Positions 1 to 15,026 of a stretch of DNA of 64,000 bases are shown piece by piece. The notes beneath the pieces were generated by a model. That model was not told the DNA's origin and did not search any database. It saw nothing but the letters and a program-made list of their open reading frames with translations. The first letter of the stretch is position 1. Each line of letters starts with the position of its first letter. The stretch is from Octopus vulgaris (lineage: Eukaryota). Location of the stretch: contig OX597824.1 in the NCBI GenBank assembly GCA_951406725.2, positions 74,958,001-75,022,000 of the forward strand, written 5' to 3'. The position numbers and the translations under genes are program-made.

Positions 1-115
1 AGTTGTACTTGTAATTCAAAGGGCCAGCCTGGTCCCATTCTGTATCACGTGGTATCTCTTGTTCTCTTGATCAGATAAACTGGAACTCTCGTCGTCGCAA
101 CCGACGGAGTGCTAG
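1..115 (+). mobile_element. Degenerate 3' portion of SINE family C
   Basis: Reverse complement aligns to parts of 25820-26005 (gcactccgtcggttrcgacga...; ggccctttgaawtacargtacaac). Confidence 0.6.
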
Positions 116-392
116 AAATATAGCAGTACTGTAATAGAAATATAGTACTACGGTATGACTATGGGGAGTTTTTGAAGCTCACTTAGCCACAACCTATTTT
201 GAAGAGCGCATCCCCTTCGGTAAGTATCTGCTATTGCTCAGGCTAACCAATAACCTTTGATTTGAATTGGTAGATGATAACTGAGAGAAAAGCCATCGTG
301 CTCGCAACGCACGCACACGAACCCCTCCCATACACACATTAATAAATCATCAACAACCATTTCTTCATAATTGCGTACATTAAAGTACTATA

Positions 393-808
393 GGGCGGCG
401 AGCTGGTAGAATCATTAGCACGCCGGGCGAAATATTTAGCGATATTTCGTCTGCCGTTACGTTCTGAGTTCAAATTCCGCCGAGGTCGACTTTGCCTTTA
501 ATTCCTTTCGGGTCGATAAATTAAGTACCAGTTACACACTGGGGTCGATATAATCGATTTAATCCGTTTGTCTGTCCTTGTTTGTCCTCTCTGCGTTTAT
601 CCCCTTGTAGGTAGTAAAGAAATAGGTATTTCGTCTGCCGTTACGTTCTGAGTTCAAATTCCGCCGAGGTCGACTTTGCCTTTCATCCTTTCGGAGTCGA
701 TTAAATAAGTACCAGTTACGCACTGGGGTCGATGTAATCGACTTCATCCGTTTTTCTGTTCTTGTTTGTCCCCTCTATGTTTAGCCCCTTGTGGGTAGTA
801 AAGAAATA
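393..808 (+). mobile_element. tRNA-derived SINE family A (Nin/Deu-like domain), head-truncated tandem dimer
   Basis: ggcggcgagctgg...gagttcaaattcc (B-box-like) followed by gcctttcatcctttcggggtcgataaattaagtaccag-type domain; unit repeats from ~625. Confidence 0.85.
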
Positions 809-1034
809 TGTACGTTAAAGTACTATTGCTCAAATGTAAGGAGTCCTTGCAGCTCGTTCGAACTTTCGGTGTTGTTTTCTTTCTGTAAAAGGGTTGGTAT
901 TTGAGGTGTCGAGAATGATTTGATGATTAGAGAGAGTTACTTAATAATATCTGTGTGTTTAGATAAAAATGTCCATATTCACGTTCACGTTTATCTCAGC
1001 AGCATTCACCGTCGTCGACGCTAACTATGACAAT

Positions 1035-1490
1035 TTGATAATGATGATGACGATGACGATGACGATGACGATAACGACGACGACGACGACGACGACAATG
1101 ATGATGGTGATGATGATAATGAAGATGACGACGACGACGACGATGACGACGATGATTATGATAATGTTCATGACGACGGCGACGATGATGATTATGATAA
1201 TGTTCATGACGACGGCGACGATGATGATGATGATGATGATAATGAAGATGACGACGACGACGACGACGATGACGATGATGATTATGATGATAATGTTCAT
1301 GACGACGGCGACGATGATGACGATGATAATAACAAAAATGATAACGACGACGACGATGATGATGGTGATCATGACGATCATTTGATGATCATAATAATTT
1401 GATGATGATGAATATATCGATGATTATGATGATGATGATGATGATGAGGAGGAGGAGGAGGAGGAGGTGATGGTGGCATTGATGGTGATG
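1035..1490. repeat. (GAT/GAC)n compound microsatellite
   Basis: Directly visible. Confidence 0.95.
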
Positions 1491-1628
1491 TTTAATCGAG
1501 AATAAACCAATAGACATGTGATAAGTGGCTAAATTTAATTAAAAATTATGATTTTATTAGTTAAAACTTAATTGAAATTGGTTAATAACAATGGCATACA
1601 CAACTTAAGCTACGAAGCTGTTATTCTA

Positions 1629-1666
1629 ACTGCTGCTGCTGCTACTGCTACTACTACTACTACCAT

Positions 1667-1709
<43 letters not shown>

Positions 1710-1710
1710 G

Positions 1711-1751
<41 letters not shown>

Positions 1752-1755
1752 ATTG

Positions 1756-1790
<35 letters not shown>

Positions 1791-1797
1791 ACTACTA
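1629..1797. repeat. (CTG/CTA)n microsatellite
   Basis: Directly visible. Confidence 0.95.
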
Positions 1798-1848
1798 TTT
1801 ACAAAAACTGGTTGGAAGACATGATGAGGAGCTATTTATATATATGGT

Positions 1849-2056
1849 GGTATCAGGGGTTGAAAAGACAGAACACAACAAGGAGAAAAAGTTGAACGAA
1901 AGCAGAGCAAACGGGAATCCAGGTGAAAACTTTACGGACGGGAAATACAGACGAAGACACGATACACGGAACAGTGGTTTCGCGCCATTATCAATGAGTG
2001 GTCCCAAAGCTAACTTTTTCTCCTTGTTGTGTTCTGTCTGTTCAAGCCTTGATACA
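1849..2056. repeat. Short fold-back (~45 bp inverted arms), probable PLE-end derivative
   Basis: gacagaacacaacaaggagaaaaagtt / aactttttctccttgttgtgttctgtc. Confidence 0.7.
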
Positions 2057-2121
2057 GCCATGTGGCGCAACGCACACCCTGTTTGCTTACTTTATGTATA
2101 TATCTATGTACACACACACAC

Positions 2122-2179
<58 letters not shown>

Positions 2180-2480
2180 CAAAACTTACTTGGAGGAGAT
2201 GAAACGAAACGAAAACGAATCGAATCGACGCGAGGGCGCTCAGTCATACAATAGTGTAATAAATAAAATATAGGCATACATACATATATGTACGTACCTA
2301 CATCTTCATGTATATATACATGCATATATAAATATATATACGTGAGTACAGGACACCACAAATAGACGTAGAACTCAACGAGAAACGAAAACGTAAAAAC
2401 AAACGTGGAAACAGACCTAAACGAAAAAAACAGAGTACATATATATAACCAAGAAAAAAGTAACAAGAATAGATCAGTAG

Positions 2481-2567
2481 TTTAGTACAATTGTTTCATA
2501 CTAAGAACATTTTATTTAAAGCTGCAAATATTACAGCAAATATAATGTCAAGTATTCATCAGCTAAA
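2481..2567 (-). ncRNA. Type I minimal hammerhead ribozyme, canonical core
   Basis: Mirror copy of 3016-3102. Confidence 0.8.
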
Positions 2568-3015
2568 TCACATATATGTTTTCCAAACATCCTAGAGAGT
2601 GTAAATATCCTTATGAAGTATTAGGAGTGAGTTCTATGAATTTGAAGTAAGATTATAAGCAGACTTTAGATGTTTTCCGACAATGCACAGTTTTTAAAAA
2701 AAGTTTTTAAAATGATTATTAACTTCTCAGAAAAGGTAAATCAATCCATAAAGATGCAGATATAAGTTCCAGGAGACGTGAGGAACTGAACCGGTGTGTG
2801 ACCAGTATCCTTCCTCATGTTTTCTGGAACATATATCTGAATCATTATGGATGGATTTACCCTCTCTGAGAAGTTAATAATCATTTTAAAAACTGTGCAT
2901 TGTCGGAAAACATATAAACTCTGCTTATAATCTTACTTCAAATTCATAGAACTCACTCCTAATACTTCATAAGGATATTTACACTCTCTAGGATGTTTGG
3001 AAAACATATATGTGA

Positions 3016-3102
3016 TTTAGCTGATGAATACTTGACATTATATTTGTTGTAATATTTGCAGCTTTAAATAAAATGTTCTTAGTATGAAACAATTGTACTA
3101 AA
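3016..3102 (+). ncRNA. Type I minimal hammerhead ribozyme, canonical core
   Basis: tttag-CTGATGA-ATACT...AGTAT-GAAAC-AATT-GTA-ctaaa: 5-bp stem I, long stem II, palindromic ACAATTGT stem III, GUA site. Confidence 0.85.
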
Positions 3103-3260
3103 CTACTGATCCATTCTTGTTACTTTTTTCTTGGTTATAATCACCCCACATAATTTTATGGTTAATACCATAAAGAATTCTGGTGCATCTAAGTTAAGTA
3201 CCATACTCATTTGAATTCATTTGAATCTTAATTGTTTTGCTGAAATTATATATATATATA

Positions 3261-3467
3261 CTTCTTTACTACCCACAAGGGGCTAAACACAGAGGGGACA
3301 AACAAGGACAGACAAACGGATTAAGTCGATTACATCGACCCCAGTGCGGAACTGGTACTTACTTTATCGACCCCGAAAGGATGAAAGGCAAAGTCGACTT
3401 CGGCGGAATTTGAACCAAGAACGTAACGGCAGACGAAATACGGCTACGCATTTCGCCCATCGTGCGA
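3261..3467 (-). mobile_element. SINE family A
   Basis: Reverse complement of the 393-625 unit. Confidence 0.85.
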
Positions 3468-3468
3468 A

Positions 3469-3527
<59 letters not shown>

Positions 3528-3592
3528 AGTTGCGTATGTATGTAAGTGCATGTATGTGTATGTATGTATGTATGTATGTATGTATGTATTAT

Positions 3593-3950
3593 GTAGGCGC
3601 AGGAGTGGCTGTGTGGTAAGTAGCTTGCTTACCAAACACATGGTTCCGGGTTCAGTCTACTACTATAGCCTCGGGCCGACCAAAGCCTTGTGAGTGGATT
3701 TGCTAAACGGAAACTGAAAGAAACCCATCGTATATATGTATATGTACATATGTGTGTGTGTGTGTTTGTGTGTCTGTTTGTCTCCCCAACATCGCTTGAC
3801 AACCGATGCTGGTGTGTTTACGACCCCGTAACTTAGCGGTTCGGCAAAAGAGACCGATAGAATAAGTCCTGGGATCTATTTGCTCGACTAAAGTCGGTGC
3901 TCCAGCATGGCCTCAGTCAAATTACTGAAACAAGTAAAAGAGTTAAGAGT
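3593..3950 (+). mobile_element. tRNA-derived SINE family B (CORE-like)
   Basis: aggcgcaggagtggctgtgtggtaag...ggttcagtc head, internal (TA)/(TG), ctgaaacaagtaaaagagt tail; matches 47729-48165. Confidence 0.85.
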
Positions 3951-4591
3951 ATAAAAAGAAGGCGGGAGAGCAAGAAAGCACCATATCGTATATTAAAACA
4001 GCCTTCCAAAAGTTTTTGAATTGCAATCCACTTTTTCTCAAAGAAATTTAATGCGTGAAGTTTATTGCATAAAGAACCGCCAGAAAGGTGTTTCTGATGG
4101 CGCAACATGATGGCCTTCATTTTGAATGCTAGGCTGCTTATGTTGTAACTTGACCAATAAAGCAAATAAGCTACCAAAATATTGCAAAACTTTTGACTTA
4201 ACACAATAAATATGTAGTTTGTTTTTCTTTTATTTACGGAAATAAACCGGAATTCTCATTAGCTATAAAGTTTTGTAAAAATCAGATTCCAATCAAATTT
4301 GTTAATAGAAAATGTATGAAAAAATTTGAGTGAAAACTAAAAAAAAATATATACAAAAACACCTCTCTCTCTCTAATAGAATAGGAAGAAAGCATCTCAA
4401 AAATAACGCTTCCGCCGAAGAAAAATCAAATTCAAAATTGGTTTCAGTATAAAATTGTAGAAAATATTCTCGCTCTTAGGCAAAAATGAGTCGGAATTCG
4501 TCTCTGCCTTCATTGCTTTTCTACGGATACAATAAAATCTAACATGTCTTAATTTTGAAATATAAATTCAGTACGCAAAAGAAAAAAAAAA

Positions 4592-4746
4592 TACTCTGTT
4601 GTGTCTGGGGAGAATCATTTTCTTTTTGTGTCTTATAATGTAACACACTCACCGGTAAAATTTCCACTTATTTCTTATTTTACCAGTGAGTGTTTTACAT
4701 TATCAGGCACAAAAAGAAAATTACTCTCCCCAGACACAACAGAATA
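4592..4746. mobile_element. MITE-like hairpin element
   Basis: ~75 bp imperfect inverted arms (ctgttgtgtctggggaga.../...tctccccagacacaacag). Confidence 0.65.
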
Positions 4747-4829
4747 TGCTTTAACACACGAACTCACATAAAGAATCTTGCAAACGAAATAAAAAATATA
4801 TACATTTAGTGAGAAGGAGGTGCTTGTTT

Positions 4830-7640
4830 ATTTTGCACAAGGAATCAGATCTTGATCTAATATTTGTTAATGTTAGTTTCATGTTCAATGTTCGTAATAT
4901 TGCGCAATTTTTTGGTTTTAATTCCAGTCAAGAATACTGATTAACACAAATACATTGTAACAAATGGTAGAAAGGTTTGGATAACCGTGGAAATTCAGTA
5001 CGAATACTAAGCCAAAAATTATTTTTAAAGGTTTTCAGAGAAAATTCATCCTAAAAATTGAGTCACTTGAAAATTCTGCATATTTTTCCTGAGCTTCTAA
5101 TGGCAAAAGTTTTACGCGCTCTGTTTCAAATGTAAACGGATTTTAGATTTAATCCACTCGGTTATTGTTTAATTCTTTGAAAAAAAAAAAATTTCTGGAA
5201 ATATTTTTCCTGACTCTCCAAATGATTAATTATTATTCGCTTGATCAAATTAAAATTCGATGCATATTCCAAAATAAAATCATTTCTGTATGAGAACATT
5301 TCAAATTCATCATTTTTTAATCAAAGCTTGAATTTCAAATTTAAATAAGAAAATATTGATGTTTTCTCCTTGTAGAGACAAATTAAATTCATTAAATTCA
5401 TTAAGTTTTCAAAATACACCCGACAATTAGCATAATTTACATGACTAATCTTCCGTGTGAAACAAATTAGCCAAATTTTTTAGCGACAGGAATATTATGA
5501 CTTCATTTTCTAAATTCTAATAACCGTTTCAGTGTTCATCCACTTGAGAACCATTACACTTGTGTTCTCAATGAAAATTTAATGAAATTGGATTCCATCT
5601 CGTTGCGGAGATTTGCGAACAGACGATTAGTGAGTACAATACTTTTAATTAAGTTGATAATTTTAACAACATCTTGTAACACTACATTCAGATCTGCAGA
5701 AAATCTCTTAGACCATAAAGTCTCTTGGTGAATCATACAAAGAATAATATAAAAAATAATGGGATTTGATTTTAACGTGAAATTCAGTTTCCTTCTTCGT
5801 CAAAAGCTGATGTACCACCAATACATATTCCAACGAAATTATTCCATTCAAGGTCTAATTCTCTGAAAAAATTGTACACTTAAAAAGAAAGTCATCCGTT
5901 GTACGTCCATTCAACGATCTACAGAACATATCTTCGTGGGCACTATTCTTAAAATAACACTTGATTATCAATGACCTGAAGGAGCACCGTATTTCGTTAT
6001 GCAACCATAATATACTACAAAGTTTATTAAGCGTTTTTATAAATTAATACTGTGTCCTACTGTGTTAGCAGTGCTAACACATTACTTACTAAGGTTGTCT
6101 CTACAGATTTTCTATAGAAACTGCAGCCAACACTGATTTTGTTACGACGCTTCGTATCCAAGACGCCTAATGTAAACAATAACAACGAGATCGAAGATGA
6201 AAAATGAGTAATGGGCGTATCTCAACAATTGTGCTAAATAAGGCGGCGAATTGGCCGAAACGTTAGCACGCCGAGCGAAATGCTTAGCGGTAATTCGTCT
6301 GCATTACGTTCTGAGTTCAAATTCCGCCGAGGTCGACTTTGCCTTTCTTCATTTCGGGGTCGATAAATTAAGTACCATTTACGCACTGGGGTCGATGTAA
6401 TCGACTTAAACCCTTTGTCTGTCCTTGTTTGTCCCCTCTATGTTTAGCCCCTTGCGGACAATAAAGAAATAAGAAAAGTTAGCCCGCCGGGCGAAATATT
6501 TAGCGGTATTTCGTCTGCCGCTACGTTCTGAGTTCAAATTCCGCCGAAGTCGACTTTGCCTTTCATCCTTTCGGGGTCGATAAATTAAGTACCAGTTACG
6601 CACTGGGGTCGATGTAATCGACTTAATACCTATGTCTGTCCTTGTTTGTCCCCTCTATGTTTAGCCCCTTGTGGGTAATAAAGAAATAGGTAATTCGTCT
6701 GCATTACGTTCTGAGTTCAAATTCCGCCGAGGTCGACTTTGCCTTTCTTCATTTCGGGGTCGATAAATTAAGTACCATTTACGCACTGGGGTCGATGTAA
6801 TCGACTTAAACCCTTTGTCTGTCCTTGTTTGTCCAATCTATGTTTAGCCCCTAACGGGCAATAAATAAATAAGAAAAGTTAGCCCGCCGGGCGAAATATT
6901 TAGCGGTATTTCGTCTGCCGCTACGTTCTGAGTTCAAATTCCGCCGATGTCGACTTTGCGTTCATCCTTTCGGGGTCGATACATTAAGTATCACTTGCAT
7001 ACTGGAGTCGATCTAATCGACTGGCCCCCTTCCCAAAAATTTCGGGCCTTGTGCTCAGAGTAGAAAAAGAATAATTGTACTGAACTCATCACGTCGGTCA
7101 ATTCAGTAACACTGAATTGCAAATTTAGCTTTTTTCTTTTATTAAGTTTTATTAATAAAAGAAATATGCTTTTCTTTTATTAAGTTTCTCGGATTGATCA
7201 TCATTAATTTCTGAAATACGACTAGCAACAGTATTATTTCACCGAAGAAATTTCTATAACGCATCTACATATTTTTTCCATGAATAATTTTTCTCATTTT
7301 TATTGCTGTAAAGAACGCAAGTTTTTCACCGATGCCGTATGTTCTTTTATATAATTTGCAATTGAATAAACAGCTTCAAAAGATGCCCTTAAGTACTTTA
7401 CTATATTTATAGTATAAATATTATTCTCTAGAGATTGCATCTTTTTTTTCTGAAATATTCCGATAGCTTTTCAAACAATTCTGTAGACTTTCTACTATTG
7501 GTGGACTGCTTTGACTCAAAGCATCTTTATAATTTTATAATTTCTGTCGCAAAACAATCGTTTCAAATTAAACAAATAGGTATTTCTTCATTATTTTTCA
7601 AAGTAAAAGTGAATTTATATTGCAAAATCTATGTCGTCAT
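4830..7640 (-). pseudogene. Decayed hAT (Buster/Charlie-type) transposase, interrupted by a SINE array
   Basis: ORF 5554-5736 MIHQETLWSKRFSADLNVVLQDVVKIINLIKS..NRLFANLRNEMES resembles the Buster CxxHRExL..VKIVNFIK..NSRLF..C.EM motif; N-terminal remnants (LRASFEA, NNTVASRISE) at ~7200-7640; many stops and frameshifts. Confidence 0.75.
6241..7071 (+). mobile_element. SINE family A tandem tetramer (ABAB)
   Basis: Four successive units; diagnostic variants recur with a ~400 bp period. Confidence 0.85.
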
Positions 7641-7835
7641 GTATCGTACGCTTTTACATCGCGTTGATAACACTACAGCGAAAGTCTTCCCTTCCTCAGG
7701 ACAGCTTTTAGTTACTCAAGTGGGGAGAGCCAGTTTAGTCGTCGACACTCGGTCATGAAACAGGTAGTTCTGGTTTACATGGTATCAGTTGCAGTTCTCA
7801 CCAGCCTGTGATGAAACCCCTAACGTGGCTAAATA

Positions 7836-8052
7836 TTGGTTTCAAAATTTTGGCTCAAGGCCAGCAATTTCTGGAGTGTGGGTAAGTCAATTTAAGGGAC
7901 TCCAGGACTGAAGTGGTACTTATTTTATTGATCCTGTCAGGATGAAAGGCAAAGTCGACCTCGGTGGAATTTGAACTCAGAACGTAAGGGCAGACGAAAT
8001 GTTACTAAGCATTTTGCCCGGTCTGTTAACGATTCTGCCAGCTCGCCGCCTT
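7836..8052 (-). mobile_element. SINE family A (alternative tail)
   Basis: ggatgaaaggcaaagtcgacctcggtggaatttgaactcag...gctcgccgcc. Confidence 0.8.
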
Positions 8053-9789
8053 GACATGACCCCGAGCACTGTATACAATAATTTCATTATATTATTTAAA
8101 CATTGCAAATAGGAAATAGAATGAATCATATTGCGAATACCTTATATTTCCTCTTATTAGTGCGAAATTGCGTCTTACTCAAAGAGTTATTAGTGAATTC
8201 ATGATACTCTTAGAAATTTCTAGCACATCAGTTATATCATCATCGTTATTTTATTATATATTGATAATTCAGTATATAATAGTTATAATATATTGATAAA
8301 TTCAAATACTTATCCTTGTGCAAGAGATTTTGTCTTTCCCTTAATTAAGAAATGGAAAATGCCGTGACAATCTTTGAACAGGCCACGACGAAGATCTCAC
8401 TCAACAAAAGAATTGATTGAGGACCTTCACAGTTCAAGCCTATTATTTTTCGTTTCGAAGGAATTATAAAAGAGTTATTATAATTTTTTTTCTTTGAGCT
8501 TATTGTGACATGTTAAATTTAAAACAACAAAAATATTCTCCAATTATTTGTATAAACAGTGAATTATCGTTTCGTGTAATATTCATGAATAAAAACATGT
8601 TTATTATCTTTAGTTTCCGACTTACATGACGTACAGCGCACAAATAAAATTTTAACTCCAACTTTTGAACGAAAAATCAATAAAATTTATTATCAGTTCA
8701 TTTAGAATAATTTTATACAAAATTTGATACAAAATACTTTGTTTTAATACTAATAAATTTTAATAGTAATTGTTTATCAGTTTCTAAATAATGAATTTTG
8801 CTCTAATTCAGATGTTTTTCATGTAATTTAATTTCAAAATAACTAGCTTTTGTTCACTCATATTACGAAAACTTACGATGACGAGTGTAAAACGCTAACA
8901 AGTCTTCCTTTATCGTTTCACTAAATTTTGTATAGTAGAACTTCATGACACGTCTTAAAATCGGGTGGGTGGGTTTTGGGTCGAAGGAAATTCCTCAAAG
9001 CAGATTCATGTGTAATAATTATCTACAATTTCATCAGTGATGATGACGCAAAAACTTGAAATTAAGTTGCAAATTAAAATAACTTGCGATAAAAATCGAG
9101 TAGTATGAAGGAGAATACTATAGCAAAAAAAAAGATCTTACTTTTCCGTTATCTGAAATCAGTCGAATGGAAGAAGTAGCTGTGGTTGATCCATAATTAT
9201 GTGGAACTCGAATTAAAATAGGAAATGTATCATTATTTAATATGATGGAATTTTTCGGTACTGTTTCTTTCATTAAATTTTAATATATCTGTGGATTTCT
9301 TTTATTATTGTTATCATTATTTAAATTTTTTTCATTTTGCTGGCCATAATTACAATTACGGCCAAATATCAATCTTTAAGCTAAAATTTCAAAAATGAAA
9401 AAAAATTCTCAGTTGTCATGCGATCCCACTGAAATTTTACCAGACATCTACCTTGAAAAGACCGGATCTTTACCTTTTGACTAACAGATAAAAAATAACT
9501 AAACACTTTCAAACTTCGGACAATGGTAGAAAGTGTCATATAAAACATCTTTTACTCTTAGCATTTTCGGGAAAAACTTATATTTACGAAGTAATTTCAC
9601 GTCAAAGTAGTCCTATTTCGGTAATTTCAACCAATCAATGACGTGTATTCAGCTGAGAGCTCTATATTAAGACATGAAAAAAAATTTATAGCTAAATATA
9701 AAGACTTAGAAAATACATCATATATATATATATATATATATATTCACATATGCCCATATATGTGTGAGTGTGTGTATGTACAAAGTTCG

Positions 9790-10088
9790 GTTCAAAAGTT
9801 CACTGGCCGATCTAAGGTAGTCTCATGGAATGTGACCAAGTGAGGTTTTTTTCAACATAGCACCCCTCTACTCCTTGCGGTCCACACACTTCTTATATTA
9901 GTTGGACCCCTTGGGTGAAGAAGGCTTCATTCTTTTAGTCAAAAAAGTCATCATCAGCAGATATGATGTCATCATCAATGCGACACTGCTTCCCTGTCAA
10001 GAATTGTTTCCTGTTGGGGAACAGATGATAGTCAGATGGGGACAAATCAGGAGAATACGGAGGGTGGTCAACCAGTTCAAAACCACAC
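9790..10088 (-). mobile_element. mariner transposase C-terminal fragment
   Basis: GFELVDHPPYSPDLSPSDYHLFP (YSPDL motif). Confidence 0.85.
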
Positions 10089-10089
10089 G

Positions 10090-10149
<60 letters not shown>

Positions 10150-10529
10150 GACATCTATATATGCACATGTTCATATTTGTGCACACATACTCACATCACA
10201 CATACCTAAGTAGACATTATGATTTTAAAAAATAATTAATATAATTGAAGATTTGTCTGTGTAGTGAAATAAATTTCGTAAGTTTTGGTAATTTTAGTCA
10301 CTACTCTTGATTTTTGTCCGAGTAGTTGTCCTTCAGACTGCAAAAAGGAATTATAAAATTATAATTTCATAAATTATAAACACTATGATAGTATATAAAA
10401 GGATATATAAATGTATAAAAATATAAAATATGAAAAAATAAAAGTTTATAAAATATGTGTAATTACAAATCTAAAAATGTAATATATTATACAGGGAGCA
10501 TATGGATGTATGTATATATATATAAATCT

Positions 10530-10643
10530 ATATAAATAAGGATAAGATCGTTAATTTAAATTACATAACGATCTTATCAAGTGGCCAGCATGGAAATAAA
10601 ACATTCAAAGGTAATAATAATTATTAAAATTATAACTTAGGGT
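10530..10643. mobile_element. (TA)n-adjacent terminal fragment, family shared with 37200, 57800 (reverse) and 60415
   Basis: ataaggata...cttatcaagtggccagcatgg...aaaggtaata. Confidence 0.6.
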
Positions 10644-10644
10644 G

Positions 10645-10717
<73 letters not shown>

Positions 10718-10727
10718 ATATCTATCT

Positions 10728-10787
<60 letters not shown>

Positions 10788-10792
<5 letters not shown>

Positions 10793-11100
10793 TTGAAATT
10801 CTATAAGTCTTCAAAGGCAAATAGGCATCGACAGCTAGCAAGCCAAGCTACTCTGACTGATGAAGAGCAACGACTCAGAAACTACTCTCTGAATGCTGGC
10901 TTTGCTGGGTGGAGGTGCTTATCTCCCCTGTTTGAAAACTTAAGAACACAGAACGCTTGTGTCACATAGTCAACTGGAAACGGTGTCTCCTGGGGCTACA
11001 TAGCAGTAGCATTCTTCCCTTTCCTGGGACTACACACATTAAGGTGACAACAAACCCTCACTTCATCGTGCCGCTTCTGTATAGGTCTCTCTGAGAGATT
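10788..11100 (+). mobile_element. PLE-like terminal repeat with degenerate hammerhead (10852-10892)
   Basis: CTGATGA-A-GAG-caacga-CTC-A-GAAAC; downstream cctggggctaca...cagtagca shared with 50071-50300. Confidence 0.5.
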
Positions 11101-11479
11101 TAGAAATGCAATATGTTTAATTTTATACAAATACAAAGATATGTATATTTATACAAACACACATACTTACATACATCTAGAGTTAACCGCTTGCGTTAAA
11201 CTTTGATCACAGCTAATCTCAGGTACTATACATTTTTATTTACTTGTTTGTATATTTACTTATATATTTATTTGCCACGTTAGGAACAGGCTGCAAGTGA
11301 CGTCTTATTGGCTAATATAACGCTTTCAGTTTCATTATGTGCAAAACATTGATTTTTTTTTACCGTCTCTCCCCAGAGAATATCTTGTTCATTACATCGT
11401 GTGATCATGATTGACTAAATGTAACTCTAGTAAAGTCAATGACAAAGTAATACCGAGTGCACTAACGAGGTGAGATAAA

Positions 11480-11531
<52 letters not shown>

Positions 11532-11649
11532 AGTACTGTTTCATTCAAGAGAAATCTTCAGGAAGCTATTTAAATAGCTTCTGAATATATGTATGTATAC
11601 ACTTATATAACTGTGTATGTATACATATATGTGTGTCTATCTCGGTAAA

Positions 11650-11692
<43 letters not shown>

Positions 11693-11877
11693 CTCTGTGT
11701 GTGTTATATACACAGACATAGGTATATTAAATATGTATTATTGTTAAACACATATAGAATGCAAATTGTAGTTCTAGTTCTCTGAAGCAAATAGATTTTG
11801 TATATATATATAAACAATCTGGCTACACGCTTCCCTGGGACTGATCAAGTAATAGAGACACCGTTCATGAGACCACA

Positions 11878-11949
<72 letters not shown>

Positions 11950-12000
11950 GTATATATTTGTGTATATATATATATATATTTGTATATATATATATATATA

Positions 12001-14085
<2,085 letters not shown>

Positions 14086-14129
14086 GTGTTGTTAGTTAAT
14101 AAGTCGTATGGTATACACTTGGTAGTTTA

Positions 14130-14456
14130 CTGTAACTCGGCTGGGATGTATTACCCCACCCTCCATATTCACCAAATATTGCTCCTTCGGATTTCCACTT
14201 ATTCAGGTCTCTGCAGAATAGTCTTAATGGTAAAAATTTCAATTCCTTGGATGATGTAAAAAGCTACGTTGATGAATTATTTGCCATGAAACCACTTTAG
14301 TTCTTGGAAGAGTGTATTTTCAAGTTAAAGGAAAGATGGAGACGCATTGTGCAAGAAAATGGTTCATATTTGGGTTGATTAAAAATGTAATGGCAAGTAT
14401 TTATTGACCTTTTTCTTACCTTTAGAAATCGGCAGGAACTTTCCGGACAACCCAAT
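14130..14456 (+). mobile_element. mariner 3' end (transposase C-terminus plus probable TIR)
   Basis: [44 protein letters not shown]; ends cggcaggaactttccggacaacccaat. Confidence 0.85.
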
Positions 14457-14629
14457 GTTAAATTTATTCGTTATTTCTGAAACAATAAATTGGATTTCCT
14501 CCATATCATCCAATACATTTTCTCTTCGAATGTAAATATAGTTTGTCTTTAAACTACAATTTATGCTTTCATCAAATGATTTGATAAGTGTTGTAGTAGT
14601 GGTAGTAAGTACCGGACTTGAACAATAAC

Positions 14630-15026
14630 TCTCTTTTCTCTTTCACTTGTTTCAGTCATTTGACTGCGGCCATGCTGGAGCACCGCCTTTAGTTGAGCAA
14701 ATCGACCCCGGGACTTATTCTTTTGTAAGCCCAGTACTTATTCTATCGGTCTCTTTTGCCGAACCGCTAAGTGACGGGGACGTAAACACACCAGCATCGG
14801 TTGTCAAGCGATGCTAGGGAGACAAACACAGACACACATACATACATACATACATATATACGACAGGCTTCTTTCAGTTTCCGTCTTCCAAATCCACTCA
14901 CAAGGCATTGGTCGGCCCGAGGCTATAGTAGAAGACACTTGCCCAAAGTGCCACGCAGTGGGACTGAACTCAGAACCATGTGGTTGGTTAGCAAGCTACT
15001 TACCACACAACCACTCCTGCGCCTAT
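14630..15026 (-). mobile_element. SINE family B, full length
   Basis: Reverse complement of 47729-48165. Confidence 0.9.

Larger units (their letters stand above)
2444..3250. mobile_element. Non-autonomous fold-back element (~335 bp inverted arms) with a hammerhead in each arm; PLE terminal-repeat derivative
   Basis: 2444-~2785 is the reverse complement of ~2811-3139; TA-rich flanks. Confidence 0.85.

Noticed and set aside
1965-2001. Possible U3-A8 hammerhead on the minus strand (TTGATAA-tggcgc-GAAAC-CACT-GTT)
   Set aside because: Stems I and II too weak and stem III not palindromic
6241-7071. CRISPR-like or satellite array
   Set aside because: Units are SINE copies without unique spacers, in a eukaryotic context
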